DNA of 63,770 bases, filler included, from Candidatus Babelota bacterium (lineage in GTDB: Bacteria > JAGOBX01), in assembly GCA_017999075.1 (NCBI GenBank). It is 10 parts of 10 records of this genome, joined end to end, with 100 filler letters (N's around TTAATTAATTAA, not from the genome) between each part and the next. Parts side by side here need not be neighbours in the genome. Positions count along the whole stretch, not along the records: positions 19,327 to 25,655 come from JAGOBX010000219.1; positions 25,756 to 32,070 come from JAGOBX010000220.1; positions 32,171 to 38,446 come from JAGOBX010000221.1; 7 more parts are not named here. The stretch is one strand, 5' to 3'. The first letter of the stretch is position 1. Every line of letters begins with the position of its first letter. The notes under the pieces were generated by a model, which worked only from the letters and a program-made list of their open reading frames with translations, made no database searches and was not told where the DNA came from. Both the position numbers and the translations under genes were made by a program. Shown piece after piece: positions 20,805 to 32,172 of the stretch.

Positions 20805-22259
20805 TTAAAGCATTGGTGCAAATAATGCGCAGAAGTTGTTTCTGAAAGTTTCAAGTCTTGATTTTTTCAAAACTGAATTAAAAGAAATTTTTTCAGAATA
20901 TCTTTTTTCTGATTCAAACATATTTGCGGATTTTTTTATAATGTCAGTTCCTATTACTTCAAAACATAATTCGTAATTTGAACGTAACGAAATGTAATCA
21001 AGATTTCCTGAACCGAGTATTGCCCATTCTTCATCAATTACTATAGATTTTGAATGAATAAAAGGAAGTTTGCGTTCGAAAATATTTATATTGCATTCTG
21101 TAAGTTCTCTGTATAAACTTTTTGAAGCGTATTCCATTATTTTATGTTCGTTTTTTTGCGGAATAATTATATTTACTTCAATTCCGGATAATCCGGCATA
21201 TTTTAATGCGGAAATAATTTCTGGTTCCGGATAAAAATAAGGCGTAATTATATCTATTTTTTTTTCGGCATGCATAATAGCACCGAATATTATTAATGAA
21301 AATGCTTTGTAAGCTGCTGTTGGAGAACTGTCGATAACACGTATTATGCTGTTTCCATCTTTAGGATTGTCAGGATAATATTTTAAATCATTTAAAATTT
21401 CGTTTGTTACAAATAACCAGTCTGTTGAAAATACTGATTGAAAATCAGATACTGCCGGTCCTTCGATTTTGAAATGATAATCATGTACAAAACAGTTTTT
21501 ATTATTGCAGTATTTATTGTAATTTTCATCATGTATATTTAATCCTCCGCTAAAAGCGGTTTTCCCGTCTATAATCAGGTTTTTTCTGTGGTTTCTGAAA
21601 TTTACTTTGAAATTTCGTTTTAAAAGATTTAATCCGCCGAATGAATAAACTTTGGCTCCGGCTCGTTTCAGTTCATTCCAGAATTTTACAGGAGTGTTTA
21701 TTGAACCTATTGGATCGTATAATAATCTTACTTCAACTCCTGATTTTGCCTTATTTAATAATGCGGTTTTGAATTCTTTCCCGATATTGTCGCCTGAAAA
21801 AATGTATGACTCAAGACATATGAATTGTTTTGCTGAATTTATTGCATTAAGCATTTCAGGATAAGCTTCGTTTCCTGTAAGCAGAAAATTTATCTTGTTT
21901 CCGAATGTAGGAGGATATTGTTCGAGTGAATCAAGCAGAGAATTTGATTTCACAGTTTTTTTGTATGTAGATAATAATGCGTTTAGATCTTTTATTTGAT
22001 TTTCGTTTATCTGAGTAATAATAAACTGATTTATAAGTTTTGCGGAATTCCGGTATTTTTTTATTTTTCGTTTAAGTAATGTCATTCCGAAAACAAGATA
22101 TAAAACTGCTCCCCCAATAGGAATAAACAGCACTATTAAAATCCATAAAGCTTCTCCAACAGGATCCCGTTTTGAAGTGACAATATGATAAATTATAAGG
22201 ATGTCAATTAATAGGCAGAAAAAAAATAATATTATTACAATTATTATTGATGGAAACAT
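20805..22259 (-). CDS. cls: Cardiolipin synthase
   Basis: PLDc_N TM hairpin and two HKD motifs (NHRKNLIIDG, IHSKSIVIDE). Confidence 0.93.
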   Translation of the reverse strand: MFPSIIIVIILFFFCLLIDILIIYHIVTSKRDPVGEALWILIVLFIPIGGAVLYLVFGMTLLKRKIKKYRNSAKLINQFIITQINENQIKDLNALLSTYKKTVKSNSLLDSLEQYPPTFGNKINFLLTGNEAYPEMLNAINSAKQFICLESYIFSGDNIGKEFKTALLNKAKSGVEVRLLYDPIGSINTPVKFWNELKRAGAKVYSFGGLNLLKRNFKVNFRNHRKNLIIDGKTAFSGGLNIHDENYNKYCNNKNCFVHDYHFKIEGPAVSDFQSVFSTDWLFVTNEILNDLKYYPDNPKDGNSIIRVIDSSPTAAYKAFSLIIFGAIMHAEKKIDIITPYFYPEPEIISALKYAGLSGIEVNIIIPQKNEHKIMEYASKSLYRELTECNINIFERKLPFIHSKSIVIDEEWAILGSGNLDYISLRSNYELCFEVIGTDIIKKSANMFESEKRYSEKISFNSVLKKSRLETFRNNFCALFAPML

Positions 22260-22291
22260 TTTTAATAATTATTTTTTTAACTAAATTTATA

Positions 22292-23092
22292 TTAAAATTT
22301 AAAATCAGTTGTTTCTTCGTCTGCGGGTATTTTTGAAACAGGAACATTGTTGGCAGCGCATTTGTTTAAAAAATTTTGAGTTGGATTTGAAAATACCGCC
22401 CAAAAAAATATTGAACTGAATACCATTAATGTTCCTATAATAAAATATTTCATAATTTTTCTTTTTTCGAGTTCAAAATCCATTATCCAATATAAAAAAT
22501 AACTTGAAAGAGCCATTATGCAATATAAAAAACCCGTTAATTTTATAACAGTCCAAATTTCCCAGGCTAAAAGGGTTGATACTGCAGCATCGTCGCTGTA
22601 ATAACTTAATAATCCGACATAATATCCCATTTTAGCTAAATCCCTTGATATTACAAGCAGCCCTATTACTCCTCCGCTAACTAAGGTTGATATGCAAATT
22701 ATAAAATATTCGATTATAGTTGAAAGTGAATATTGTTTGAAACTGAATCCGATTCCATGTTTTATCCACATGAACTTTTCGTTTGTAAATGGAGCAGATT
22801 GAATAACTGTTAATTTTACAGTAGGTTCGTCAGATAAGGTTAAAAAAAATATTGTGCCGGCAAATATTATTGACCACCAGATCAGATGTTTTATTCCTTT
22901 TTCAAAATTTCCTAATTTAACTGCTAGCAATAAAGGAATGTAAACTCCGAATGGTGCGAAGAACGGTAATGTATAAGCTGATGAAGTGAACATTCCGGAA
23001 TAAGTTAAAAACATGGTGGAAATCAGAATTAACGGATAAGCCAACCATGTTTCAAATGATGATTTGAATAAAAACTCACCGTGCTTATACAC
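22292..23092 (-). CDS. Polytopic membrane protein of unknown function
   Basis: About 6-7 hydrophobic segments, directly downstream of metK on the same strand. Confidence 0.7.
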   Translation of the reverse strand: MYKHGEFLFKSSFETWLAYPLILISTMFLTYSGMFTSSAYTLPFFAPFGVYIPLLLAVKLGNFEKGIKHLIWWSIIFAGTIFFLTLSDEPTVKLTVIQSAPFTNEKFMWIKHGIGFSFKQYSLSTIIEYFIICISTLVSGGVIGLLVISRDLAKMGYYVGLLSYYSDDAAVSTLLAWEIWTVIKLTGFLYCIMALSSYFLYWIMDFELEKRKIMKYFIIGTLMVFSSIFFWAVFSNPTQNFLNKCAANNVPVSKIPADEETTDFKF

Positions 23093-23120
23093 TGACCGTA
23101 ACTTCTTTTATAGACATAAA

Positions 23121-24281
23121 TTATTTTTTTAACAATTTTTTTAACTCGTCGACTTTATTGGTTTTTTCCCAACTGAAAATATTTCTTCCAAAATGACCGT
23201 AAGCCGCTGTTTTTAAATATATCGGTTTTCTCAAATCAAGAGTAGTTATTATACCTTTTGGAGTAGTGTCAAAAATTCCGAGAACAGCTTTTTCAATAAT
23301 TGATTCTTCAATTTTGCCTGTTCCGAAAGTATTGACATAAACTGATACTGGTTTTGCTATACCGATTGCATAAGCAAGCTGAACTTCACATTCTTCAGCT
23401 AACCCTGCAGCTACAATGTTTTTAGCTATATATCTTCCCATGTATGCTGCTGATCTGTCTACTTTTGATGGATCCTTGCCTGAAAATGCACCGCCGCCGT
23501 GTCTGCCTTTTCCGCCGTAAGTATCTACAATAATTTTTCTTCCTGTCAAACCGCAGTCTCCGTTTGGTCCGCCTACAACAAACCGGCCAGTAGGGTTAAC
23601 ATGGACTTTTAATTTGTTGTCAATAAGTTTTTTCGGCAATACCTGTCTTATAACTTTTTCTTCAATTTCTTTTTTTAATTTTGATAATGAAACTGAAGGC
23701 AAATGCTGGGTGGATATTACTACGGTATCTATCTTGACAAGTTTTCTGCCGTCGTATAAACATGTAACTTGAGATTTACTGTCAGGACCAACGTATGCTA
23801 ATTTTTTTGATTTCCTTAATTCTGCGAGTTTAATCAATAATTTATGCGCATACATAATCGGTGCAGGCATTAATTCAGGAGTATCGCTGTTAGCATAACC
23901 GAACATCATTCCCTGATCTCCAGCGCCTTGTTCTTTATGAAGACCCTGGCCTTCAGTAACTCCCTGTGAAATATCAGGAGATTGTTTGTCAAGCGCAACT
24001 ATAACTCCGCTTGCATCACAATCAAATCCATATTCTTTACCGGTATATCCGATATTTTTTACTACTGTTCTCGCTACATTTTGATAATCAACTGTTGCTT
24101 TAGTTGTAATTTCTCCAGCTATAGCTATTAAACCTGTCGTTATTAAAGTTTCACACGCAACCCGGCTGTTAGGATCCTGAGTAAATATTGCATCAAGTAT
24201 TCCATCAGAAATTTGATCCGCTACTTTATCCGGATGTCCTTCGCTGACAGATTCCGAAGTAAATAAATATTGTCTGCTCAT
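23121..24281 (-). CDS. metK: S-adenosylmethionine synthetase
   Basis: [46 protein letters not shown]. Confidence 0.99.
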   Translation of the reverse strand: MSRQYLFTSESVSEGHPDKVADQISDGILDAIFTQDPNSRVACETLITTGLIAIAGEITTKATVDYQNVARTVVKNIGYTGKEYGFDCDASGVIVALDKQSPDISQGVTEGQGLHKEQGAGDQGMMFGYANSDTPELMPAPIMYAHKLLIKLAELRKSKKLAYVGPDSKSQVTCLYDGRKLVKIDTVVISTQHLPSVSLSKLKKEIEEKVIRQVLPKKLIDNKLKVHVNPTGRFVVGGPNGDCGLTGRKIIVDTYGGKGRHGGGAFSGKDPSKVDRSAAYMGRYIAKNIVAAGLAEECEVQLAYAIGIAKPVSVYVNTFGTGKIEESIIEKAVLGIFDTTPKGIITTLDLRKPIYLKTAAYGHFGRNIFSWEKTNKVDELKKLLKK

Positions 24282-24427
24282 TTTAAAAAAAACCTCCTGA
24301 AAATTATTCTTATAATATAAATTTCATTGCGCATTATATTTAACCGTAATTTGAATTCACAGTTTAGAAATATTATGCCGCTGCGCTAATTAAAAAATTC
24401 GGCATTAATTTTTCATTATTCTTTTTT

Positions 24428-24456
24428 ATTATACCATAGCTTTTTTATTTTTACAA
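24428..24456 (-). promoter_or_regulatory. sigma70 promoter for metK with an extended -10
   Basis: TTGTAA-17 nt-TATAAT with TG-n before the -10, implying a ~140-nt leader. Confidence 0.65.
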
Positions 24457-25425
24457 CCTTTTTTTATAAACATTGTAAGTTGTTTCAATAATCGTTTTTA
24501 TATCGCTGAATTTAGGCGACCATTTTAATTTTTCGAATGCGAGTTTATTTGATGCGATTACAGTTGCCGGATCTCCTGCACGTCTACCGGAAAATTTATA
24601 ATTCAATTTTTTGCCTGTAATAGATTCTATTGATTTTATAACTTCCAGAACCGATGTTCCTGTATTCTGGCCGAGATTTATAAGCAGGTTTTCATTTTCT
24701 GATTTTACGTATTCGAGAGATTTTATGTGAGCGTCAGCGAGATCATTAACATGAATATAATCTCTTATACATGAACCGTCGCGTGTTTTATAATCAGTCC
24801 CGAAAACTGACAGGGTTTCCCGTAAACCTGTTAGTGTTTCCATTGCTACAGGAATAAGATTTGTGCAGTCTTTTTCAATAGAGGATATTCTGTTTTCAGT
24901 GTCATAACCTGCTGCGTTAAAATAACGGAGTATGCCGTATCTTATGCCTTTGAGTCTGGAATACCATTTGATATTTTCTTCAATTGCGAGTTTTGTGTAG
25001 CCGTAATAATTTTCAGGATTAAGTTTGTGAGTTTCATCTACAGGCACGTATTCAGGTTCGCCGTATACAGCTGCTGAAGAAGAAAAAATAATAACAGGAA
25101 TTTTGTATTCAGTCATTTTATTTAAAATATTCAATGACCCAGTAATATTATTTACAGCATATTTTTCAGGAACTATCATTGATTCTCCTGCTGCTTTAAA
25201 TGCTGCGAAATGATATATTGCGTCATAATGTTCTGAACTCATGGCATTATCAAGATCAGACAGATTCAGTATGTCTCCTTTTATAAATTTTTCTTCAGAA
25301 AATATGTTGGAAGGATCGCCTTTAGACATATTGTCAAACACTGTTATTTTATGACCTGTTCTTATTAAATCTGCGCATACATGACTTCCAATGTAACCTG
25401 CTCCGCCTATAACTAAAATTTTCAT
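24451..25425 (-). CDS. galE: UDP-glucose 4-epimerase
   Basis: GGAGYIGSH, FSSSAAVYG, YGYTK, LRYFNAAG, RDYIHVNDLA, RRAGDP. Confidence 0.96.
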   Translation of the reverse strand: MKILVIGGAGYIGSHVCADLIRTGHKITVFDNMSKGDPSNIFSEEKFIKGDILNLSDLDNAMSSEHYDAIYHFAAFKAAGESMIVPEKYAVNNITGSLNILNKMTEYKIPVIIFSSSAAVYGEPEYVPVDETHKLNPENYYGYTKLAIEENIKWYSRLKGIRYGILRYFNAAGYDTENRISSIEKDCTNLIPVAMETLTGLRETLSVFGTDYKTRDGSCIRDYIHVNDLADAHIKSLEYVKSENENLLINLGQNTGTSVLEVIKSIESITGKKLNYKFSGRRAGDPATVIASNKLAFEKLKWSPKFSDIKTIIETTYNVYKKRL

Positions 25426-25525
25426 AATTTAAACTCCGAAATTAAAAATAAATTTTATTTTTTATTTGTAAATAGCTGTTTAAAAACAATTCAGATGGAA
25501 TGACATTTATTGTTTATAGTTTGTA

Positions 25526-25654
25526 TTATTCGAGTTTTTTAACAGGTAAAAGAATAGTGAACTCGCTTCCTATTTTTTCAGCGCTTATAACTGAAATTTT
25601 TCCTTTATGATCCTCAATAATTTTTTTTGCTATAGGTAAAACGAGTCCTATGCC
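25526..25654 (-). CDS. Histidine kinase HATPase C-terminal fragment (not in the ORF track)
   Basis: GIGLVLPIAKKIIEDHKGKISVISAEKIGSEFTILLP...stop. Confidence 0.85.
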   Translation of the reverse strand, partial: GIGLVLPIAKKIIEDHKGKISVISAEKIGSEFTILLPVKKLE

Positions 25655-25757
25655 GNNNNNNNNNNNNNNNNNNNNNNNNNNNNNNNNNNNNNNNNNNNNT
25701 TAATTAATTAANNNNNNNNNNNNNNNNNNNNNNNNNNNNNNNNNNNNNNNNNNNNCA

Positions 25758-25862
25758 TTAGACCCGATTACTGTTTCAGCTAAAAGAATTGCTACCATTG
25801 ATAAAAATTTGATTGCAGATTATAAAAAAATAATATTTTATATAGGAGAAGAGCATAAATGA
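25758..25862 (+). CDS. 3' fragment of an unidentified CDS coupled to the next gene
   Basis: LDPITVSAKRIATIDKNLIADYKKIIFYIGEEHK*. Its TGA overlaps the next ATG (ATGA). Confidence 0.6.
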   Translation, partial: LDPITVSAKRIATIDKNLIADYKKIIFYIGEEHK

Positions 25863-28800
25863 AATTTAAAAGTAAAATAATTTTTTTGTTTTTGATTATA
25901 TTATTTTTTTGCTTAAATTATAATGTTTACGCAAATATTTTGTCTATTGATAGTTTAAGCAGCGCTGATTTTCCCAATTTAATTTCAATGACTGTTACAG
26001 TGAAGGATGGTTCGGGAAATCCTATTACCAATCTTACAAAAGAGGATTTTTGTGGTTTAATGGAAAATAATGTTCCTCAAAATATTTATGTAGTGCCGCC
26101 GAATACAGAGGGGTCAAATTCTAAAGTTGCAGATATAGTGTTTATTATAGATAATAGTAACAGTATGTCAGATGAGCAAGCACAAGTAAAAAATAATATC
26201 ATAAGTTTTGTAAATGGTTTAGCCGCAGCAGGAGATATAGATTATAGATTAGGATTAGTTAGATTTGGACAAGGAACAAATAACGGACAACCGATTATTG
26301 AAGATAATGGTAATCTTACTGCTGATTCAAATTATTATAAAAATACTATTTTGAATAGAATGACTGTTGATGGTGGAACAGAACCGGGATTTGAAAGTTG
26401 TTATAAAGCAACGACACAAATAAATTTTAGAAGTAATTCTCAAAAAATATTTGTAGTTATTACTGATGAACCCAGTAATGGCGATATTACGCCTTTTCAA
26501 ACTGTAATAAATACCTTAAATCAAAATTCAATAAAAGTTTATACATGGTATCAAATAGGTCAGGGGGATAATCACTATAGTCAAAATTCAAGTGGTAGTT
26601 TATCAAAAGAAACCGGAGGAAAATCATTTAGTATTTTAGATCCGATTACAGTTTTAATTAATGAAATAACAAGCTCTGTTTCATCTCAATATGTTATTAC
26701 CTATACGCCAACCAATCAAGAATATGATGGTATTTTAAGAAATGTAATTTTATGTTATTCAGGAAATACTGCAACAGCATCTTATACGCCGGGCGCAAGA
26801 CCTGTATTAACATTAACAGACGCGACACAAGAATTATTTATTGGCGCGCGTGTAGATAATGATCCGAATGTTCAAATATCAGTATATATGCAAGACATAC
26901 AATCTCCATATCCAACTAATGTTACTTTGCATTATAGACATATAACTGCAGCATCTTATACTTCGATAAATATGACAAATGTTTCAGATTCATTATATCG
27001 CGTAACACTACCTACAAATGTAATTCAAGATCCGGGTGTTGCATTTTATTTTTCAACAACTGACGGGCAATTATCAGCCACATTACCCAAAAATGATCCG
27101 TCAGAAAAACCTTTTTATTTTGCAGTTTTACCTAATGTTGCGCCAATTATACTAATCAAAGATGTTCGGGCGACTAATCCTAGTGAATTAATTTATGTAG
27201 ATGTTGAATGTGTTGATACTACTTATAATATAGCTTCTTCAAAAATATTTTATAAAGATGCGCGTCAATTATTATATTCAGAAACCACAGCATACAACAC
27301 ATCTGATTCCAATTATTATTTTAGATTTCCAACTTTAACTGATTCATATAAATATTATTATTATGTTCAAGCAACGGATAATTTTAATCTTAACGCTTCA
27401 AACGGGTTTCCAGACGCGCCGCATCAGATTAGTTTAAATGATGTTTTCGCGCCGCCGGAAGTTACTCTCTTAACTCCGAATAACACCAGCGAAACCAGTT
27501 CAAAGAACACAATATTTTCTTGGACAAAAGTTTATGACAGAGAAAGTTCAATAAAAAATTATTCTATTGAATTTGCAAAAGACATTAATTTTTCAAATAT
27601 AATCTATTCAGAAACAACAGTCGATATTAATATTTTTCCATCTTATAATTTTGAAGATACTATTTATTATTGGCGTGTAAATGCAGTTGACAATTGGAAT
27701 AATATAAATTCCGGTACTATGAAATGGAGTGTTTTTTTTGATTCAAACCCGCCGAGCATAGCGAGTTTAATACAGCCGGCTGACGAGGCGAAATTTAATG
27801 CGGTGAATGATACGATAAAATTTGAATGGACGGAAAGTATTGATACCGGCTTAGGAAATGTAAGTTGTATTCTCCAATTTTCCAAAGATAATTTTACGAG
27901 CGTTTGGGATTCGCAAACATTGACAAATACCAGCGTAATAATTTCAATGTCATATTTTAGCGAAGATACGATTTATTATTGGCGTGTTCTTTCAAAGGAT
28001 AAAATTAATAATACAAATAGCGGTTCTGACACAAGAGTATTTTATAAAGATAATTATTCTCCGACAAAAGTAGTATTAATAGCTCCTGAAAATAATGAAG
28101 TTATGAAAGCATCCGGCTCGGATTTAAAATTCGAATGGTCTCAAAGTTTTGATACGGGACTTGGTTTTGATTCTTATACGATTGAAATTTCAAATAATAT
28201 TAATTTTACAAATATCGTTTATACCGCGACTAACTTGAAAGATACATTTTTAAATCTTAATGTTTCATTATTTGATAATAATAATAGCGAACGGTTATAT
28301 TGGAGAATTATTTCATACGATACATTATTGAACTATAATACTTCAACTGTCAACAATTTTTTAAATGATTTGCTTCCGCCGACAGAAATTATAATATTAA
28401 AACCGGCAAATAATGATACGGTTAATTTTAAATTACCCACTTTGATAGAATGGACGCCATCTGTTGATACTGGAGTCGGACTGAAAATGTATAGAATTCA
28501 GATTGCCGATAATGTCGGCTTTTATCCTGTCGCGTATAGTTATGATACTACTAATATCAGTTGCTCATCTATTCAAGTTTTATTGTCTGATTTTAATGAA
28601 AAAGATTATTATATAAGAATTAGAGCGTATGATAATTTTGATAATGCGAGTTTGGGTTCAAATATAAATAAGATTTACAATGATATTACTCAGCCTGTAA
28701 CTACAGACAATATTCCGGCAGATTGGCAAAAAAATAATTTTGAAGTTGTATTTATTGCAACGGATACAAACTTAACAACAACTTTTTATTCAATAAACAA

Positions 28801-31800
28801 TTCGGATACGCTTACAGGAAAAACTTTTACAGTCGCAAATGATGGGAATTTTAATATTTTTTATTATAGTTCGGATTTATATTCAAACACCGAAAGCATT
28901 AAAACAAACGAATTAAAAATCGATAAGACCGCGCCTGTAATAAGTTCGGTTGATTATTATTCGCAGGATGCGGACAGAAACCTGAATGATAAAAGTCCGT
29001 CGCATTTTACTGTTAGTTGTATAAGTTATGATACATTGAGCGGATTAGCAAATCATCCGTTGGCGGAATATTATATCGGTAAAAATTTAATCAATTATAC
29101 AAACTCAATTTTAATGGAAACTTCAACGCTCGGCGCAACTGTTTACAGATGCAATATTTCTGAAACAACATGGAAAACATATTCAGAAGATACGATTTTT
29201 ATCAGGATAACCGCAACTGATTTGGCAGGTAATACAACGGTTTATACATTAAGCGAGTATATCGATAAAAATAATGACACGCCGTTATTAACGCAGAATC
29301 CGCCTACAGTAGTAATGGACGAAGACACAGAAACAAGTCCGTTCAATTTGAATAATTATTTTTCAGATGTTGATAAAAATGATACTCTCGTTTTTAGCGC
29401 GACCAATAAAATTCCGGACAGCATAGCAATCACGATATCGGATACAGGACAAGTTTTTTTAAAACCCGATACAAATTATAATGGGAATATACAAGTAACG
29501 GTTCGCTCAACTGACCAGATTGGAGCATATACAAGCGGAAGTTTTATGATAATCTTAAATCCGGTTAATGACACGCCGGTTTTAACTGCAATACCAGATA
29601 CTTCGATACTGCAAGGACAGCAATTTACTTATTCGATAATTGCGGATGATGTTGATAATGATCCGCTTATTTATTCCATAGTTTCAGGGATTAATGGTTT
29701 AACGATAAATAACAATACTCTATCTTTTCTGCCGACCAATAATGATGTTGGCGCGCATACTGTATGCATAAGGGTTTCAGATAATCAAGCTGCGGTTTTT
29801 GATACATTTGTAATAACGATAATCAATGTAAATGATACGCCGGTATTATCAAAATCAATACCAACGGTAGTAATGAACGAAGACAGCGAGACAAGTCCGT
29901 TTAATCTGAACGATTATTTTTCGGATATAGACTCAAATAATATTTTGACTTTCAGCATTACTAACAAAACTCCGGACAGCATAGCAATCACGATATCTGA
30001 TACAGGACAAGCTTATTTAAAACCGGACTTGAATTATAATGGGAATATACAAGTAACAGTCCGCTCAACTGACCAGCTTGGCGAATATACGGACGGAAAT
30101 TTTACGATAATTGTAAATCCGGTTAATGACACGCCGGTTTTAACTGCTATCCCTGATACTTCGATACTGCAAGGGGAGCAATTTACTTATTCGATAATTG
30201 CGGCTGATGTTGATAACGATCCGCTTATTTATTCCATAGATTCAGGGATTAATGGTTTAACGATAAATAACAATACTCTATCTTTTCTGCCGACCAATAA
30301 TGATGTTGGCGCGCATACTGTATGCATACGGGTTTCAGATAATCAAGCTGCGGTTTTTGATACATTTGTAATAACAGTAATCAATGTAAATGATACGCCG
30401 GTATTATCAAAATCAATACCGACAGTAGTAATGAATGAAGATAGCGAAACAAGTCCGTTTAATCTGAATGATTATTTTTCGGATATAGACGCTAATGATA
30501 TTATAAATTTTGCGGCTCTAATTAAAACGCCGGACAGCATAGCGATTACAATATCAGATACAGGACAAGTTTATTTAAAGCCGGACTTGAATTATAATGG
30601 TAATATACAAGTAACGGTTCGCGCAGCTGACCAGCAAGGCGGATATACGGACGGAAGTTTTATAATAATCGTAAATCCGGTAAATGATATTCCGAAAGCA
30701 ATAATTAAATATGATAATAATAAAACAACATCTAATGATACATTTATTGTTAGTCAGCCGATGACATTGTCCTTAAACGCCGATTTAAGTTATGATGTTG
30801 ACAGCGATAATCTAACATATTTATGGAATTTCGGCGATGGCGCGAGTTCAACGCAGAAAAACATTGAACATACATATTCCCGCAGCGATACTTATTTTAT
30901 AACATTGACAGTAACTGATATTCACGGCGCAGTTGATACTGCGTATCTGACTTTGATAATAATAAACTCATTGCCGTCTGCGGTTTTTAATTTCGGTAAT
31001 ACAGACATAATGTTTGCAGGCGAAGAGCGAATATTTGATGCAAGCGGCTCGACTGACGCGGACGGGAGCATAGACAGTTATGTTTGGCAAATATCTTCAG
31101 CGGCTGACAGCGTATTCTACGGCGAAACATTGACTTATATTCCGAATTTTATCGGGAGCGATACGGTAACATTAAAAATTTTTGATAATTACGGATATTA
31201 TTCTGAAACATCGGTTGTGATTACAATCAGAATGCCGAACACTGAAATTTATACGAATGTTACAGGCGTTCGACCCGACAGATATTTTTATACTTTAGCG
31301 TTTGAAGATTTATATCCGAATGTCGGCGACGGTGATTTTAATGATTTTGTTTGCGATTATAATATAAACCGAATATTAAATGCGAATAATGAAATAACAA
31401 AAATAATTATTTCTTCAAAAGCATTAGCTCGCGGCGCCGGTTATACGCATAAATTCAAAGTGAAATTAAATATCAATGGTTCTGCGAGTATATCTATTAA
31501 TGAATATAAGCCGGACGGAACTAAAGCGCGTAATACGGTAAATACTTCGGGCAGCGGATTATTGGATATAACATTATTTCAAAATACTGCGGAAGCGTTT
31601 AAAAATGCAAACGGAAGTAATATTTCAAATCCTAATGCGTCATCTATGACTGTTGAAGGCAATTATGCGGAAGCAATTATTACTTTAAATAATCCAACAG
31701 AAAATCCGCTTGCTTCATCAGATATTCTTCCTTACGATCCATATATCTATATCAATAATACTACCCCGGAAAATAAAAATACTAATAAAGAAGTTCATCT

Positions 31801-32070
31801 CAATACTATTGATTCTAACTATTATCCGTTTGCTTTAATGGTTCCAACAAACTGGAGCTGGCCAAAAGAAGGTTATCCGATAGATACGAATATTGCGCAA
31901 ATTAAAAGTAAACCGTTATCAACTATCGCGTATCCGTTATTTCAAGATTGGCGGTTAAGCGGATACAATTCAAAAATTAACTGGTATGATTATCCGGTTG
32001 ATAAAAATGTTGTGAAAAATACGAGAACTCAACTGGAAAATAATAGACCGCAGATAACTTCAAATAAAGA
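25859..32070 (+). CDS. Giant secreted adhesin-like protein: vWA, Ig/FN3-like, cadherin-like repeats, two PKD, LruC-type domain; 3'-truncated
   Basis: Signal peptide, MIDAS DNSNS and VVITDE, YYWRV repeats, VNDTP repeats, YLWNFGDG, TLAFEDLYP.VGDGDFND. Confidence 0.88.
29273..30690 (+). repeat. Intragenic tandem repeat, 558-bp period, about 2.5 copies
   Basis: AATGAYACGCCG recurs at 29273, 29831 and 30389, and CCGGTTAATGAC at 29561 and 30119. The DNA copies are near-identical. Confidence 0.95.
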
Positions 32071-32172
32071 NNNNNNNNNNNNNNNNNNNNNNNNNNNNNN
32101 NNNNNNNNNNNNNNTTAATTAATTAANNNNNNNNNNNNNNNNNNNNNNNNNNNNNNNNNNNNNNNNNNNNGT

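Noticed and set aside
24329-24353. GCGCATTATATTTAACCGTA resembling a SAM-II/SAM-V 5' segment
   Set aside because: It lies on the strand opposite to metK transcription and lacks the downstream consensus elements.
25640-25654. Kinase G2 box reading GIGLVL instead of GxGLGL, as an inactivating change
   Set aside because: It is a one-base difference within 15 nt of a contig end and most likely a sequencing error.
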